A DNA stretch of 64,000 nucleotides from Chiloscyllium plagiosum (lineage: Eukaryota): the NCBI RefSeq assembly GCF_004010195.1, contig NC_057718.1, forward strand, positions 8,476,494 through 8,540,493, written 5' to 3'. The position numbers and the translations under genes were made by a program. The notes beneath the pieces are model-generated. The model was not told the origin of the DNA. It made no database searches and was given only the letters and a program-made list of their open reading frames with translations. Below are positions 50,676 through 63,069 of the stretch, piece by piece; within the stretch, counting starts at the first letter, position 1; every line of letters starts with the position of its first letter.

Positions 50676-53207
50676 ATGTAAATCTCAGAACTTCTTTAAA
50701 GTTACATTCTCAAGTGAACTTTAACAATAGGTGCCATGTCGGCCCAGATAATGCATTGAAGGTGTGAGGTGCCCTGTGTGAGGCTGTTTGTGCCCCAATG
50801 TTCAGACTGACTTTAATCTAAAAAAGGGACTTACAGAATCTTACATGGATTCATGCAGTTTTTGAGCAAAATAAAATGTAATTCTGCAAGTAGAAACTCC
50901 CCCCAGCAAACATATATGTGTGCATGTGGATCTGTGTGTTTGGGGTGGGGGTGGTTATGAGTGTCTATGAGACAATGTGTGTATGTGTGTGCATGTGAGT
51001 GTAAAGGGGTATAAATCTGTGAGAGGGTGCGTGTGAGAGTGTGGAAGTGTATGTGTGAGTATATGAGAGAGAGCTTGTGTTATCAGCCTCTGTTCAGTCA
51101 CTTTGAGTTGTTGCCTGTCCCGAAATCCGCCTTAGAGGATGGTCAACCGAAGGTCCGAGGTTGAATATCTTGTACCGCTGAAGTGTTCTCTGACTGGGAG
51201 GGAACACTCCTGTCTGTTGATTGTTGTGCAGTGTCCAGTCATCCTTTGCCGTAGCTCGGTTTCACCAATATACCATGCCTCGGGGCATCGTTGCTTGCAG
51301 TGTATGAGGTAGATAACGGTGGCTGAATCACATGAGTACCTGCCATATAAATGGTGAGAGGTGTCCCCTGGTGGTGTCCGTTTCAACACTCTGACATGTC
51401 TTGCAGCATCTGCTATGACAAGGTTGTATGATATTGTCCTGAAAGCCGGGCAATTTGCTACGAACAATGACCTGTTTGAGGTTTGGTGATTGTCTAAAGG
51501 TCAGAATTGGTTGGGGAAGGTCTTGGCGAGGTGCTCATTCTCATCAATAATCTGTTGCAGGCTGCGAAGAACATGGCATAGTTTTTCGGCTCCTGGTAAG
51601 TCCAGGTGATGGCAATGGGATCCTGTGTGAGAACCTTTCTGGCTAAGTCAAAGGCATCTTGAAACCCATTGTACAGGGGATCCCAGCTTCTGTCACAACA
51701 CTACAGATTTCTTACAGAAACTCAGCACCCACGGACCAGTTGAACCAGGAACATTCCTCATCACAATGGATGTTTCAGCACTCTACACCAGCATCCCCAC
51801 AGTGATGGCAACAGCCTCAGTACTCAACACCAACCATTGCCAATCTCCAAACACTCTCGTACAACTCATCCGCTTTATCCTTGACCACAGTGTTTTCACC
51901 TTTGACAACCAGTTCTTCATTCAGGCACACGAAACAGCTATGGGGACCAAGTTTGCACCCCAATATGCCAAATGTTTCATGCATAGGTTCAAACAAGACT
52001 TCTTCTCCACGCAGGACCTCCAACCAAAAGGTATATTGACGACATTTTCTTCCTCTGGACCCATGGCAAGGAATAGTGATATCAAAGAGTTGTATCCTAC
52101 CATCAAATTCACCGTGGACTCTCTCTAGTATCTGTCTCATTCTTGGACATATGCATCTCCATCAAGGATGGGCACCTCAGCACCTCACTCTACCGCAAAC
52201 CCATGGATAACCTCACGATGCAACACTTTTCTAGCTTCCACCCCAAACATATTAAAACAGCCATCCCCTACGTACAAGCCCTACGCATACACAGGATCTG
52301 TTCAGATGAGGAGGAATGTGACAGGCACCCGGAAGTACTCAAGGATGCCTTCATAAGAACGGAGTACGTTGCTCAACTCATCGACCACCAGTTCCAATGT
52401 GCCACAGCAAGAAACGGTAATGACTTCTTCAGGAGACAAACACGAGCTGAAACCGGCAGGATACTCTTCGTTGTCCAGTATTTCCCAGGAGCCGAAAATC
52501 CATGCCATGTTCTTCACAGTCTGCAATGCATTATCAATGAGGATGAGCACCTCGCCAAGACCTTCCCCATGCCTACACTGCTCGACTTTAAACAACCATC
52601 AAACCTCAAACAGATCATTGTTCATAGCAAACTGCCTGGCTTTCAGGACAATACCATACAACCTTGTCACAGTAGACGCTGTCAGAGTGTCGACACAGAT
52701 ATCACCTTTACACATGGGGACACCTCCCACCACTTACGCGCAGGTACTCATGTGACTCAGCCAACATTGTCTATTTCATGCTCTGCAGGCTGGGATTCCC
52801 TGATGCATGGTACATTGGTGAGAATAAGCAGATGCTACGGCAACGGATGAATGGACACCGCACAACTATCAACAGGTGCTCCGGTTTCCTCCCACAATCC
52901 AATTAGTGCAGGTTAGGTGGATTGGCCACGCTAAATTGCTCCATAGTTAAAAGTCACACAACACCAGGTTATAGTCCAACAGGTTTATTTGGAAGCAATC
53001 GGAGAAAACTTCAGAGGGATATTTGATCTCGGACCTTTGGATGACCGTCCTCCAAGATGGACTTCGGGACAGGCAATAACGCAAGGTGGCCGAGCAGAGG
53101 CTGATAGCCAATTTCAGTACTCATAGGGATGGCCTCAACCAGGACCTTGGGTCCATGTCACACTACAGGTGACCACCATTGCACTATATACACACACAGA
53201 CATTCCT

Positions 53208-53241
<34 letters not shown>

Positions 53242-53980
53242 GGGGTGAATTTGTACTTGCAGAATTACATTTCATTTTGCTAAGCACTATATACACACAC
53301 AGACATTCCTACACACACGCACACGCAGACACACACGTGCACACACACACACACACATATAGGTTTGTGGGGTGAATTTGTACTTGCAGAATTACATTTC
53401 ATTTTGCTAAAAAAAACCTGCATGCATCCATGTAAGATTCTGCAATCCCCTTTTTTAGATTAGAATCAGCCTGAACATGGGGGCACAGACAGCCTCACAC
53501 AGGGCACCTCACACCTTCAATGCATCATCTGGGCCGACATGGCACCTATTGTTAAAAGTTAAAAATCACACAATACCAGGTTATAGTACAACAGTAGTAT
53601 AGTACAATAGTATAATTGCAAGCACTAGCTTTCGGAGCATCGCTCCTTCATCAGGTGGTTCTTCCAGTCCAACACCAGCATCTCTAAATCATGCCTACTG
53701 TTAAAGTTGACTTGAGAGTGTAACGTTAAAATATAGTTCTGGGATTTACGCATGAAAGAACTGAAATCAACATGATCATTCTAAAAGGTGAGAGACTTAA
53801 TAAACAATCCAGGTCTTTTTCAATCTATCATTTCAGTTGCATCACACTGTAAACTTTCGTTATAAATTTTATGTCTTACAATCTTATACTCCACAACCAC
53901 CTGATGAAGGAGCAGTGCTCTGAAAGCTAATGCTTCCAAATAAACCTGTTGGACTATAACCTGGTGTTGTGTGATTTTTA

Positions 53981-54180
53981 ACTATGGGGCAATTTAGCAT
54001 GGCCAATCCACCTAACCTGCACATCTTTGGATTGTGGGTGGAAACCGGAACACCTGGAGGAAACCCACACAGACACAGGGAGAGCATGCAAACTCCATAC
54101 AGACAGTCATCAAAGGGTAGAATCGAGCCCAGGTCCCTGGTTCTGTGAGACAGCAGCATTAACCATTGAGTCACCATGCT
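53981..54180 (-). mobile_element. V-SINE 5' half; its 3' half lies at ~49990-50119
   Basis: The two halves join at actatgg to give one complete SINE. Confidence 0.85.
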
Positions 54181-54944
54181 GATTATTCTGCAGTATTGCA
54201 AAATTCTGAAGGGGGGCATTCGGGGCATTGGGATTATCAAAGCTGTTATGTTTATTCAATCCTCTTAACAGCCCTCCCTTGCTCCAGATATGTAATCCCT
54301 AAGTCTTCTCAAGAAGAGCAACACAACTGAGATAACGCTGTTTACAAACACCTTGATTATAAAGATCAGTATTGTTCATTATAGGAACTGTCGAGTTAAA
54401 ACCAAACACTGGAGGATATTTTGGAATATCTGATGATATTTCTTTTTAACCCCAGGAAGTTTTCAAAGAAGCCAAAATTAAAGAAGGGGTGAAATAGGTG
54501 CATTACACATCGCCTTTCACAACCTCAGGATGTCACAAAACACTTGATGGTTTTTATGACACCTCACAGGTTGGGGGTCTCCAGTTCTGTACAATTCTGG
54601 GTGAGATTACACCCAAATAGTTATAGTCTCTCATGAGGAGGGATGGACTGTCTCCCCTAAGGATTCCTTCCCCTGTGAATATCTTTACCCATCCCAAATG
54701 TTTTTAAATGGAGCCAGTTCAACCAAGCTTTCTTGTTAAAGAAAGAATGAACTTGTTAGTTACTAAAACACAAGAAAAGGTAATCAAACACATGGGTTAG
54801 AAATGAGACATGGGTCTAAATGGTAAAGCAAAATAAATGAATCAGTCTTTGACTTGTCCGTAATGAACAGATTGCGAGATGTTATAGTTGTCAAGAAGGG
54901 TGATTCTGGGAGTGTTGAATTTAGCAGTTAGAGTCATATACACA

Positions 54945-56030
54945 GAGTCATAGAGTCCAACAGCATGGAGAGAGGCCCTTTGGCCCAAACTGGTCCATGA
55001 TGACCAAAATGTCCGCTCATGCTAACAGAGTGCATTTCTCTGCACACAGCCCATATCCTTCTAATCCTTTCCTTTCCATGTATTTGTCCAAACGCCTTTT
55101 AAATGTTGTTAATGTACCCGCCTCAACCAATTCTGCTGGCAGCTCATTCCATATGCGAGCCACCCTCTGGGTAAAAATGTTAACTCTCAGGTTCCCTTTT
55201 ATTCTTTCCCCTCTAACCTTAAACTGATGCCCCCTACTCCTTGATTCCCCAACCCTGGGCAAAAGACTGAGTGCATTCACCCTATCCATGCCTCTTGTGA
55301 CCTTAAACACTTCTATAAGATGTCCCCTCAGCCTCCTACGCTCTAAAGAAAAAAGTCCTAGCTTGTCCAACCTCTCCCTATAACTCAGACCGTTGAGTCC
55401 TGGCAACATCCTTGTAAATTTCTTCTGCTCTCTTTCCAGTTTAATAACATCCTATAGCAAGGTGATCAAAACTGAACACAATACTCCAAGTGCAGCCTCA
55501 CCAACATCCTGTACAACTGCAACATGACTTCCCAACTTCTATACTCAATGCCCTGACTGATGAAGGCCAGTGCACCAAAAGCCTTTTTCACGCCCTGTCT
55601 ACCCATGACTCTACTTTCAGAGAACTGTGCACCTGAACTCCAAGGTCCCTCTATTCCACTACACTTCTTAAAGCCCTATCATTCACCATGAAACTCCTAC
55701 CTGGGTTTGACTTTCCAAAATGCAAGACCTCACACTTATCTAAAATTCCATTTGCCATTTCTGGGCCCACTTCCCCAACTAATCAAGGTCCTGCTGCAAT
55801 TTCTGATAACCTTCCTCACTGTCCACAGTACCGCCTATTTTAGTGTCATCTGCAAACTTGCTAACCATGCCTTGTACATTCTCATCCAAATCATTGATAT
55901 CGATAACAAACAGCAATGGGCCCCGCACCGACCCCTGAGGCACTCCACTAGTCACAGGCCTCCAGTCCGACAAGCATCTTTCCACTATTAACATCTGCTT
56001 CCTACCATCAAGCTAGTTGTGTATCCAGTT
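54945..56030 (-). mobile_element. CR1/HER1 LINE 3' portion
   Basis: VTSGVPQGSVRGP...SKFADDTKIGG; LERRRLRGHLIEVFK. Confidence 0.93.
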
Positions 56031-57733
56031 GAGTAGTTGTTTGGATATTTGGAGTAGTTGAAAGGTGTTTGTCCAGTTTCCATCAACAGTGGCTTTGCTG
56101 ATGATTTCTTTAGCAATCAGAGAGAACAAGAGCGAGAGGGAGATTTTATTTCTTGTTACCTGCATATTCAGGGATGTCCAATGGAAGTTCCAGAAATGTC
56201 ACTTCATGGCATTATTTACCACAATAGAACTTGAACAAGCTATCACACTAGCATGCAAGTAAGTTTACAGCAAAGAAACTATGTCTGGTTAGCACGCAAA
56301 ACTATAATTTTCACCATGTCTCAGTGCATGTAGCAATAATAAACATAACTGGGAGCCCCACTTTGTGTGCCTGCTTCTGATCCATTAAAAATCCATCTTC
56401 CAATCTTCACTCAATTTTCTTACTCAGTTTTCTTGACATTTTGTTTGTATCTGTCTGTTCTCAGAATTATATAAGTAAAACCTAATGGACATCGGTGTGT
56501 CTCCTGTTCCACTTACCCTTTGAAAGAAGTTATTTATTTTCGATCATTTCCACACCACCCAACTAAAATCACAACACAGTCTTCGTGCTTTAAACCCACC
56601 CTGCCTTTCAAAGAAAAAGTTAATTATTATGGTTAATTCTGTGAGTTTTTAAATGTTTTCTTTTGTATTCCCGGAAGGGTGAAACATAAACATGAATTTC
56701 ATCCATGTGGGTCAAGCAGACGTTTTTAAATTGACCCACAGCCAAGGAGATCAGGAAATTGGCCAAACTAAATTAAACTTAGTCAGGGACAAAAAAAAAA
56801 CTGGAGAAGCTGGAATCCAAAGTAGGCAGGCAACAGGCTGGAAGGACACAATAAACCAGGCAGCACCAGGAGATGCAGAAGTCCGATGTTTCAGGTATAA
56901 TCCCTCTGCCCAAGTATGTGCACTTTACACCTCCCAGCATGCAACAGTGAAGGGTGCTACCACGAGCCCATTGGATGATTTGAACCCACTCATGACCACA
57001 TTGGCTAAAGGCCACAGAACATTTTGGAAAGCCCTGAGCAAGGGGCGTAAAAACACACATACCTGGAAGCCCTCAGTGAAGATTCTCAGAGAAGATTCAA
57101 CGTAGACTGGAAAGAGAGTTTAAAACAGATCAGTCCTTACCCGTGAAACCCACCTTTGTGGAAGAAAGCCAGCTCTACATCAGAGAGAAAGGAGACTCCA
57201 ATGGCCCAGCTTAAACATATGGATTATTGTAGGTAATATCCTTTCTCAGACAGATAGAGCTAGATACAGAGTAAATATGTGGGAATTTAGGAAGTGTTCA
57301 TGTGGTATTTTTAATAAGCAATATCTGGTTAATTAAATAGATTTGTGTGTCCCTTTCACTGCCTCACTGATCAGAGCCTTACTGAGTGAACGGCATTTTG
57401 ACATCTTGCTGCCTGAGGCTCACTTGATACTCTTCATACGGAATACTCCAGAATTCTTCTCTGGACTCAGTGTAGTACACACTGGAATTTCCATAAACAG
57501 CCATTACCTCTACATTCTCAGCCATCCTTTTCTCTGGAACATTCTTTTTAGAAAGTATCTGGATATATGATAGAGTCAGCGATGTGCTTGTAAAGAGGAA
57601 TTATAGGAGACATGGCGTAAAATTGTGCATAACAAGCTCCCATGTACCATGAACTCCAATGAACAATCTACTTTTACGGGATAAATATTATCAACGAACC
57701 AGAAATCACTTTCCTGTTCTCCTTGAAAACAAT

Positions 57734-58050
57734 GGCGGCACGGTGGCACAGTGGTTAGCACTGCTGCCTCACAGCGCCAGAGACCCGGGTTCAACTCCCG
57801 CCTCAGGCGACTGACTGTGTGGAGTTTGAACTTTCTCCCCGTGTCTGTGTGGGTTTCCTCCGGGTGCTCCGGTTTCCTCCCACAGTCCAAAGATGTGCAG
57901 GTCAGGTGAATTGGCCATGCTAAATTGCCCGTAGTGTTAGGTAAGGGGTAAATGTAGGGGTATGGGTGGGTTGCGCTTCGGCGGGGCGGTGTGGACTTGT
58001 TGGGCCGAAGGGCCTGTTTCCACACTGTAAAGTAATCTAATCTAATCTAA
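57734..58050 (+). mobile_element. HE1/V-SINE, young full-length copy inside a Deu-SINE remnant (~57630-58230, minus)
   Basis: Intact A/B boxes, V core, (TCTAA)3 tail. Confidence 0.95.
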
Positions 58051-59039
58051 AATGCCATAGGATTTCTTGCATCTACACAGGAGGTCAGAGAAGGTTCAAC
58101 ACTTCATCCAGAAGATGATGATCCAACAGTGTAGCAGAGCCTGAGTACTGCACTGAATTGTCATCTTAGATTATGGATTGAGACTTGCCAACTCAAATCT
58201 TCTGACTTCGAGGCAATTGCACTATTGAGGTAAATCTCAATTGATAGTAGCCGAAACCCACTCACCAATATTAGATCAAAATAAATAATCTGAATAGGCT
58301 TTTGGATTAACTAGGAATACTTTGTATGTGGGTCAATTTGGAATGTCTGCTTGACTACATGGGTGAAATATGTATTTGTCTTTTACCCTTCCAGGGATAC
58401 ACAAGAAAGAATTTAAAACAGAATTAGCCATGATTAATTAAATTAGCAGAGTGGGTTTGTCCTGACAAGTCTGTATGGTGATTTTAGTTGGGTATTGTGG
58501 GAATGATCTAAAATAAATATTCCTTCTCAAAGAGTAAGCAAACCAGGAGATGGGTCAATGTCCATTAGGGGTTCTTCTTGTATAATTCTGAGAACAGACA
58601 GCAAAGAACAAAATGTTAAGAAGACTGAGAAAGAAAATTGAGTGAAAGATTGAATAAGCGTTTTTAATGGATCAGAAAAGAGCACACAAGGTAGACCACA
58701 CAGTTATGTTCTACGTCTTTGATTTGATTTATTATTGTCACATGTGTTGAGATACAGTGAAAAGTATTGTTTAGCATGCTATCCAGCCAAAAGTAAAGCG
58801 ACGTTGCAAAAGTGATAAATTTGCTTTTAATCAAGTGTTAATTCGACGGCTATAATTCTTTATCATCCACTTATTAACCTTATGGGTCAAGGAGGATTGA
58901 TAATGAGGCTTAGTTCTCAGGGCTAGACTTGGCGACATTAAAGTGGACTCTCTGTCATCTATTCCAGGCTAATGAAGCTTTCAGGTTCAATGCTGTGGAT
59001 ATGAGAGCTGGGTCAGGCACTGCACCAGCATTAAAGGAA

Positions 59040-59302
59040 CATGATCATAGAATCCCTACAATGCTGAAAGAGGCCCTTCAACCCATCAAGGCTGTGCCAA
59101 CCCTCCTATGATCATCCCACCCTATCACTACATTTACCATGGCTAATCCATCTAGCCAGCACGTGGTTGGATGGTGAGAAGAAATTGGAGCACCTGGCAG
59201 AAGCCCACGCAGACTTGGCGAGAATGTATAACACAGACATTGAACCTGGGTTCCAGGTGCTGTGAGGCAGCAGTGCTAACCACTGAGCCACTGTGTCACC
59301 CT
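59040..59302 (-). mobile_element. HE1/V-SINE, decayed
   Basis: Reverse complement of the head: gctgtgaggcagcagtgctaaccactgagccac. Confidence 0.8.
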
Positions 59303-59933
59303 GCAATAAGGCTTCTTCAAGGGCAATGATGTATTGACAGGTAATGTTATGCAGTAGCACAGAACTCAGTCATGGCTAGAGACTACCAGGAGGACAGCGT
59401 AATGCTTTCGTGATGTCTGTAAAGGCCTCCCTGAAGAGGTGAAACATCTCCTGCCAACTGGTCAGAGATCCTGCTCTGTTACTGACTGACATGCAGAGGC
59501 AGGAGGGAGCTGAAGTTCTGGAAGGAACTAAACATACCATGAGACTTTTCCCTCCATCCCCACCCCCATTCACCTATTGTACTCTTTGCTATCTTCTCCC
59601 CAGCACCTGCCCCCCTATTTATCTCTCCACCCTGGAGGCTTCCTACCTCTATTCCTGATGAAGGGCTTTTGCACCACTCTGACCTAAACTCTGGTTTCCT
59701 GCATCAATAGTCCTCACTTTTGCCTATATCATGAGACTTTGTCAATTGTGTGGAGGTGAAAGCAAGACAGTGCACAAACCTCTGAATAATTCATTTGGCA
59801 GAGACACTTGTTCTACCTGTGGCAGAGCCCACAGAGTGTGCCCTTTGATTCTCAGCCATCTCAGAATCGAAGGGAACAATCATTCATCCCCTGAGATTGC
59901 CGAGGGAGAAGAAGACATGACGCAGTATGCAAA

Positions 59934-60122
59934 GAGTTGAGAGTGTGGTGCTGGAAAAGCACAGCAGGTCAGGTAGCATCCGAGGATCAGGAATTCCTGA
60001 TGAAGGGCGGTATGCCCGAAACATCGATTCTCCTGTTCCTCGGGTGCTGCCTGATCTGCTGTGCTTTTCCAGCACCGCACTCTCAACTCTGATCTCCAGC
60101 ATCTGCAGTGCTCACTGTTTCT
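59934..60122. mobile_element. Mini PLE fold-back (family A)
   Basis: Arms gagttgagagtgtggtgctggaaaagc... / ...gcttttccagcaccgcactctcaactc; core CTGATGA at 59997. Confidence 0.8.
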
Positions 60123-60279
60123 GCAGTAGAATAAGATCCCATCAATTCTATTCCGTACTTTGGATGCAGTTATTTTCAGGCAGCAAAGTCAATGATGCCA
60201 ACATACCCATCCTTCTTGCCTTGTCTCTTATTACATAAGCACTTTTCCAGCTTATCCATGGGCATTTTTCTCAACTATC

Positions 60280-62620
60280 GAACATAGAACATACAGTACA
60301 GCACAGCACAGGCCTTTCCGCCTTCAGTGTTGTGCTGACCTTTTATCTTACTCTAAGGTCAGACTAATCTACACATCCTTCATTGTAGTATCTTCTATGT
60401 GCCTATCCAAGAGTTGCTTAAATGTTCCTAATGTATCTGACTCTACTACCACTGCTGGCAGTGCATTCCACACACCCATCACTCTCTGTGTAAAAAACCG
60501 AAATCTGACATCTCCCCTAAACCTTCCTCCAATCACCTTAAAATTATGCCCCCTAGGGACAGCCATTTCTCCCTAGGAATGAGATTCTGCCTATCCACTC
60601 TATCTATGCCTCTCATCATCTTGTACACCTCTATCTAATCACCTCTCATCCTTCTTTGCTACAATCAGAAAAGCCCTAGCTCCTTCAAGCTTTCTTCATT
60701 AGACATGCCCTCCAGTCCAGGCAACAACCCGATAAATCTCCTCTGCACCTGTTCTAAAGCTTCTACATCTTTCCTATAATGAGACAACAAGAACTGAACA
60801 CAATATTCCAATTGTGGTCTAACCAGGACTCTGTAGAGCTGCAGCAAAACCTCGCGGCTCTTAAACTCAATTCCCCTGCTAATGAAAGTCAACACACCAT
60901 ATACCTTCTTAACAACCCTACCAACTTGGGTGGCAACTTTGATGAAGCTATGGACATGGACTCCGAGATCCCTCTGTTCATTGACACTGCCAAGAATCTC
61001 ACCTTTAACCCCGTATTCTGCATTCAAATTCGACCTTCCAGAATGAATGATTTCACACTTTTCCAGGTTGAACTCCATCTGCCACTTATCAACCCAGTTC
61101 TTTGAGAAGGTGACTAAACAGGTGGATGAGGGTAAAGCCATTGATATGGTGTATGTGGATTTCAGTAGGGTGTTTGATAAGTTTCCCCATGGTAGGCTAT
61201 TGCACAAAATACGGAGGCATGGGACTGAGGGCGATTGAGTGGTTTAGATCAGAAATTGGCTAGCTGAAAGAAGACAGAGGGTGGTGGTTGATGGGAAATG
61301 TTCATCCTGGAGTTCAGTTACTAGTGGTATACCACAAGGATCTGTTTTGGGTCCACTGCTGTTTGCCCTTTTTATAAACGACCTGGATGAGGGCCTTGAA
61401 GGATGGGTTAGTAAATGCTCGGACTACGCTAAGGTCGGTACAGTTGTGGATCATGCCAAAGGATGTTGTAGTTACAGAGGGATGTGGATAAGATGCAGAG
61501 CTGGGTTAAGAAGTGGCACTTGGACACTACTTCAGTGGAAAGTGAGGACACAAAGACCATCACCAAAGGTGCAGCAATCTCTTCCCTTGCTTCCATTAGT
61601 AACCTAGAGTATATCCCACCTTACCTAGGAGGTTTATCTATCCTTATGTTTTCAAAATTTTTGGCACATCCTCCTTTTTAACATCAACCTGTTTGAGCAT
61701 ATCAGCCTGTTTCACGCTGTCCTCAGAAACATCAAGGCCTCTCTCAGAAGTGAATACTGAAGCAAAGTATTCATTAAAGACTGTCCACTATCCCTGATCA
61801 GCCCCACCCTCACTCTGGCTATCCTCTTGTTCCTTACATAATTGTAGAATGCCTTAAGGTTTTCCTTAATCCTACCCGCTAAAGCGTTTTCATATCCCCT
61901 TCTAACTCTCCTAAGTCTATTCTTCAATTCCTTCCTGACCATCTTGTAACCATCTAGAGCCTTGTCTGATCCTTGCTCCCTCAACCTTAAGTGAGCTTCC
62001 TTCTTCCTCTTGACTAGATGTTCCACATCCCTTAGCACCAAGGTTCTTTCACCCTACCATCCCTTCCTTGCCTCAGTGGGACAAACCTATCCAGCACTCA
62101 CAGCAGGTGCTCGCTAAACAACCTCCACATTTCTGTCGTGCATTTCTCTAAGAACATCTGTTCCCAATTTCGGATCGCCATTTCCTGCCTAATAGCATTT
62201 TAATTCCCCTCCCCCAACTAAAAACTTTCCTATACCGTCTGCTCCTATCCCTCTCCATCAGTATAGTAAAGGTCAGGGAATTGTGATCACTATCATTGTA
62301 ATGCTCTCCCACCAAGAGATCTAACACCTGGCCTGGTTCGTTGCCAAGCACCAAATCCAATATGGCCTCCACTTTAGTCAGCCTATCTGCATATTGAGTC
62401 AAGAACCCTTCCTGGACACACCTGGCAAAAGCTGATCCATCCAAACTATTTGAACTAAGGAAGTTCCAATCAATATTAGGGAAGTTAAAGCCACCCATAA
62501 CAACAACCCTGTTACTTCTGCACCCTCCCAAAATCTGCCATCCAATCTGTCTCTGTTGCTGTTGGGTGGTCTGTAGAAAACTACCAATAAAATGACTGCA
62601 CCTTTCCTGTTACTGACCTA
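60280..62620 (-). mobile_element. CR1 LINE (APE endonuclease to 3' end) with an inverted internal segment at 61097-61515
   Basis: APE motifs FYRPPNS, VMGGFNFP, LDLVL, SDHN on minus; RT FFEKVTK...GIPQGSVLGP on plus; 3' end on minus. Confidence 0.9.
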
Positions 62621-62651
62621 GCTTAGCCTAGTAATCCTGAAGCCCGCACTA

Positions 62652-62962
62652 ATCATAGAACCCCTATAGTGTGGAAGCAGGCCATTCGGCCCACTGAATC
62701 CATACCAATCCTCCAAAGCGCTTCCCACCCAGACCTTAACATCTACATTTCCCACTGCTAACCTCCTCTCCCGCCCCCAACCAACACTCCACCTAACCTG
62801 CACATCTTTGCACTGTGGGAGGGAACTGGAGCACCAGAGGAAATCCACGCAGACACGGGGAGAATGTGCAAATTCCACACAGACAGTCCCCCAAGGGATT
62901 TGAACCCAGATTTTTGGCACTGTGAGGCAGCAATGCTAACCACTGAGCCACTGTGCTATCCC
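62652..62962 (-). mobile_element. HE1/V-SINE
   Basis: Head, core and tail on the minus strand. Confidence 0.88.
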
Positions 62963-63069
62963 ATCCAGCGATATAGGCTTAAACCCTAGCACTGTAGCTG
63001 CGGAAAATTTGAATTCAATAAATATGTCAGAAGCACATGAGCGTGAATTGCTAACCCATTCTTCTTGAG

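Larger units (their letters stand above)
50120..53980. mobile_element. Penelope-like element (family B, probably Neptune group) with an inverted duplicate 3' arm
   Basis: Plus arm: RT MDVSALYTSIP...AMGTKFAPQYA, thumb SLYRKP...HPKHIK, Cys-containing linker, GIY-YIG. Minus arm 50120-51595 repeats the endonuclease and UTR. Flanked by actatgg at 50113-50119 and 53981-53987. Confidence 0.9.

Noticed and set aside
56660..57360. Possible LTR or 137-aa gene (ORF 56692..57105)
   Set aside because: LTR-like composition, but no second copy, TSD or protein motif to support either call.
57734..57810. tRNA gene
   Set aside because: The A/B boxes are the tRNA-derived head of a SINE and continue into the V core; the same applies to all other copies.
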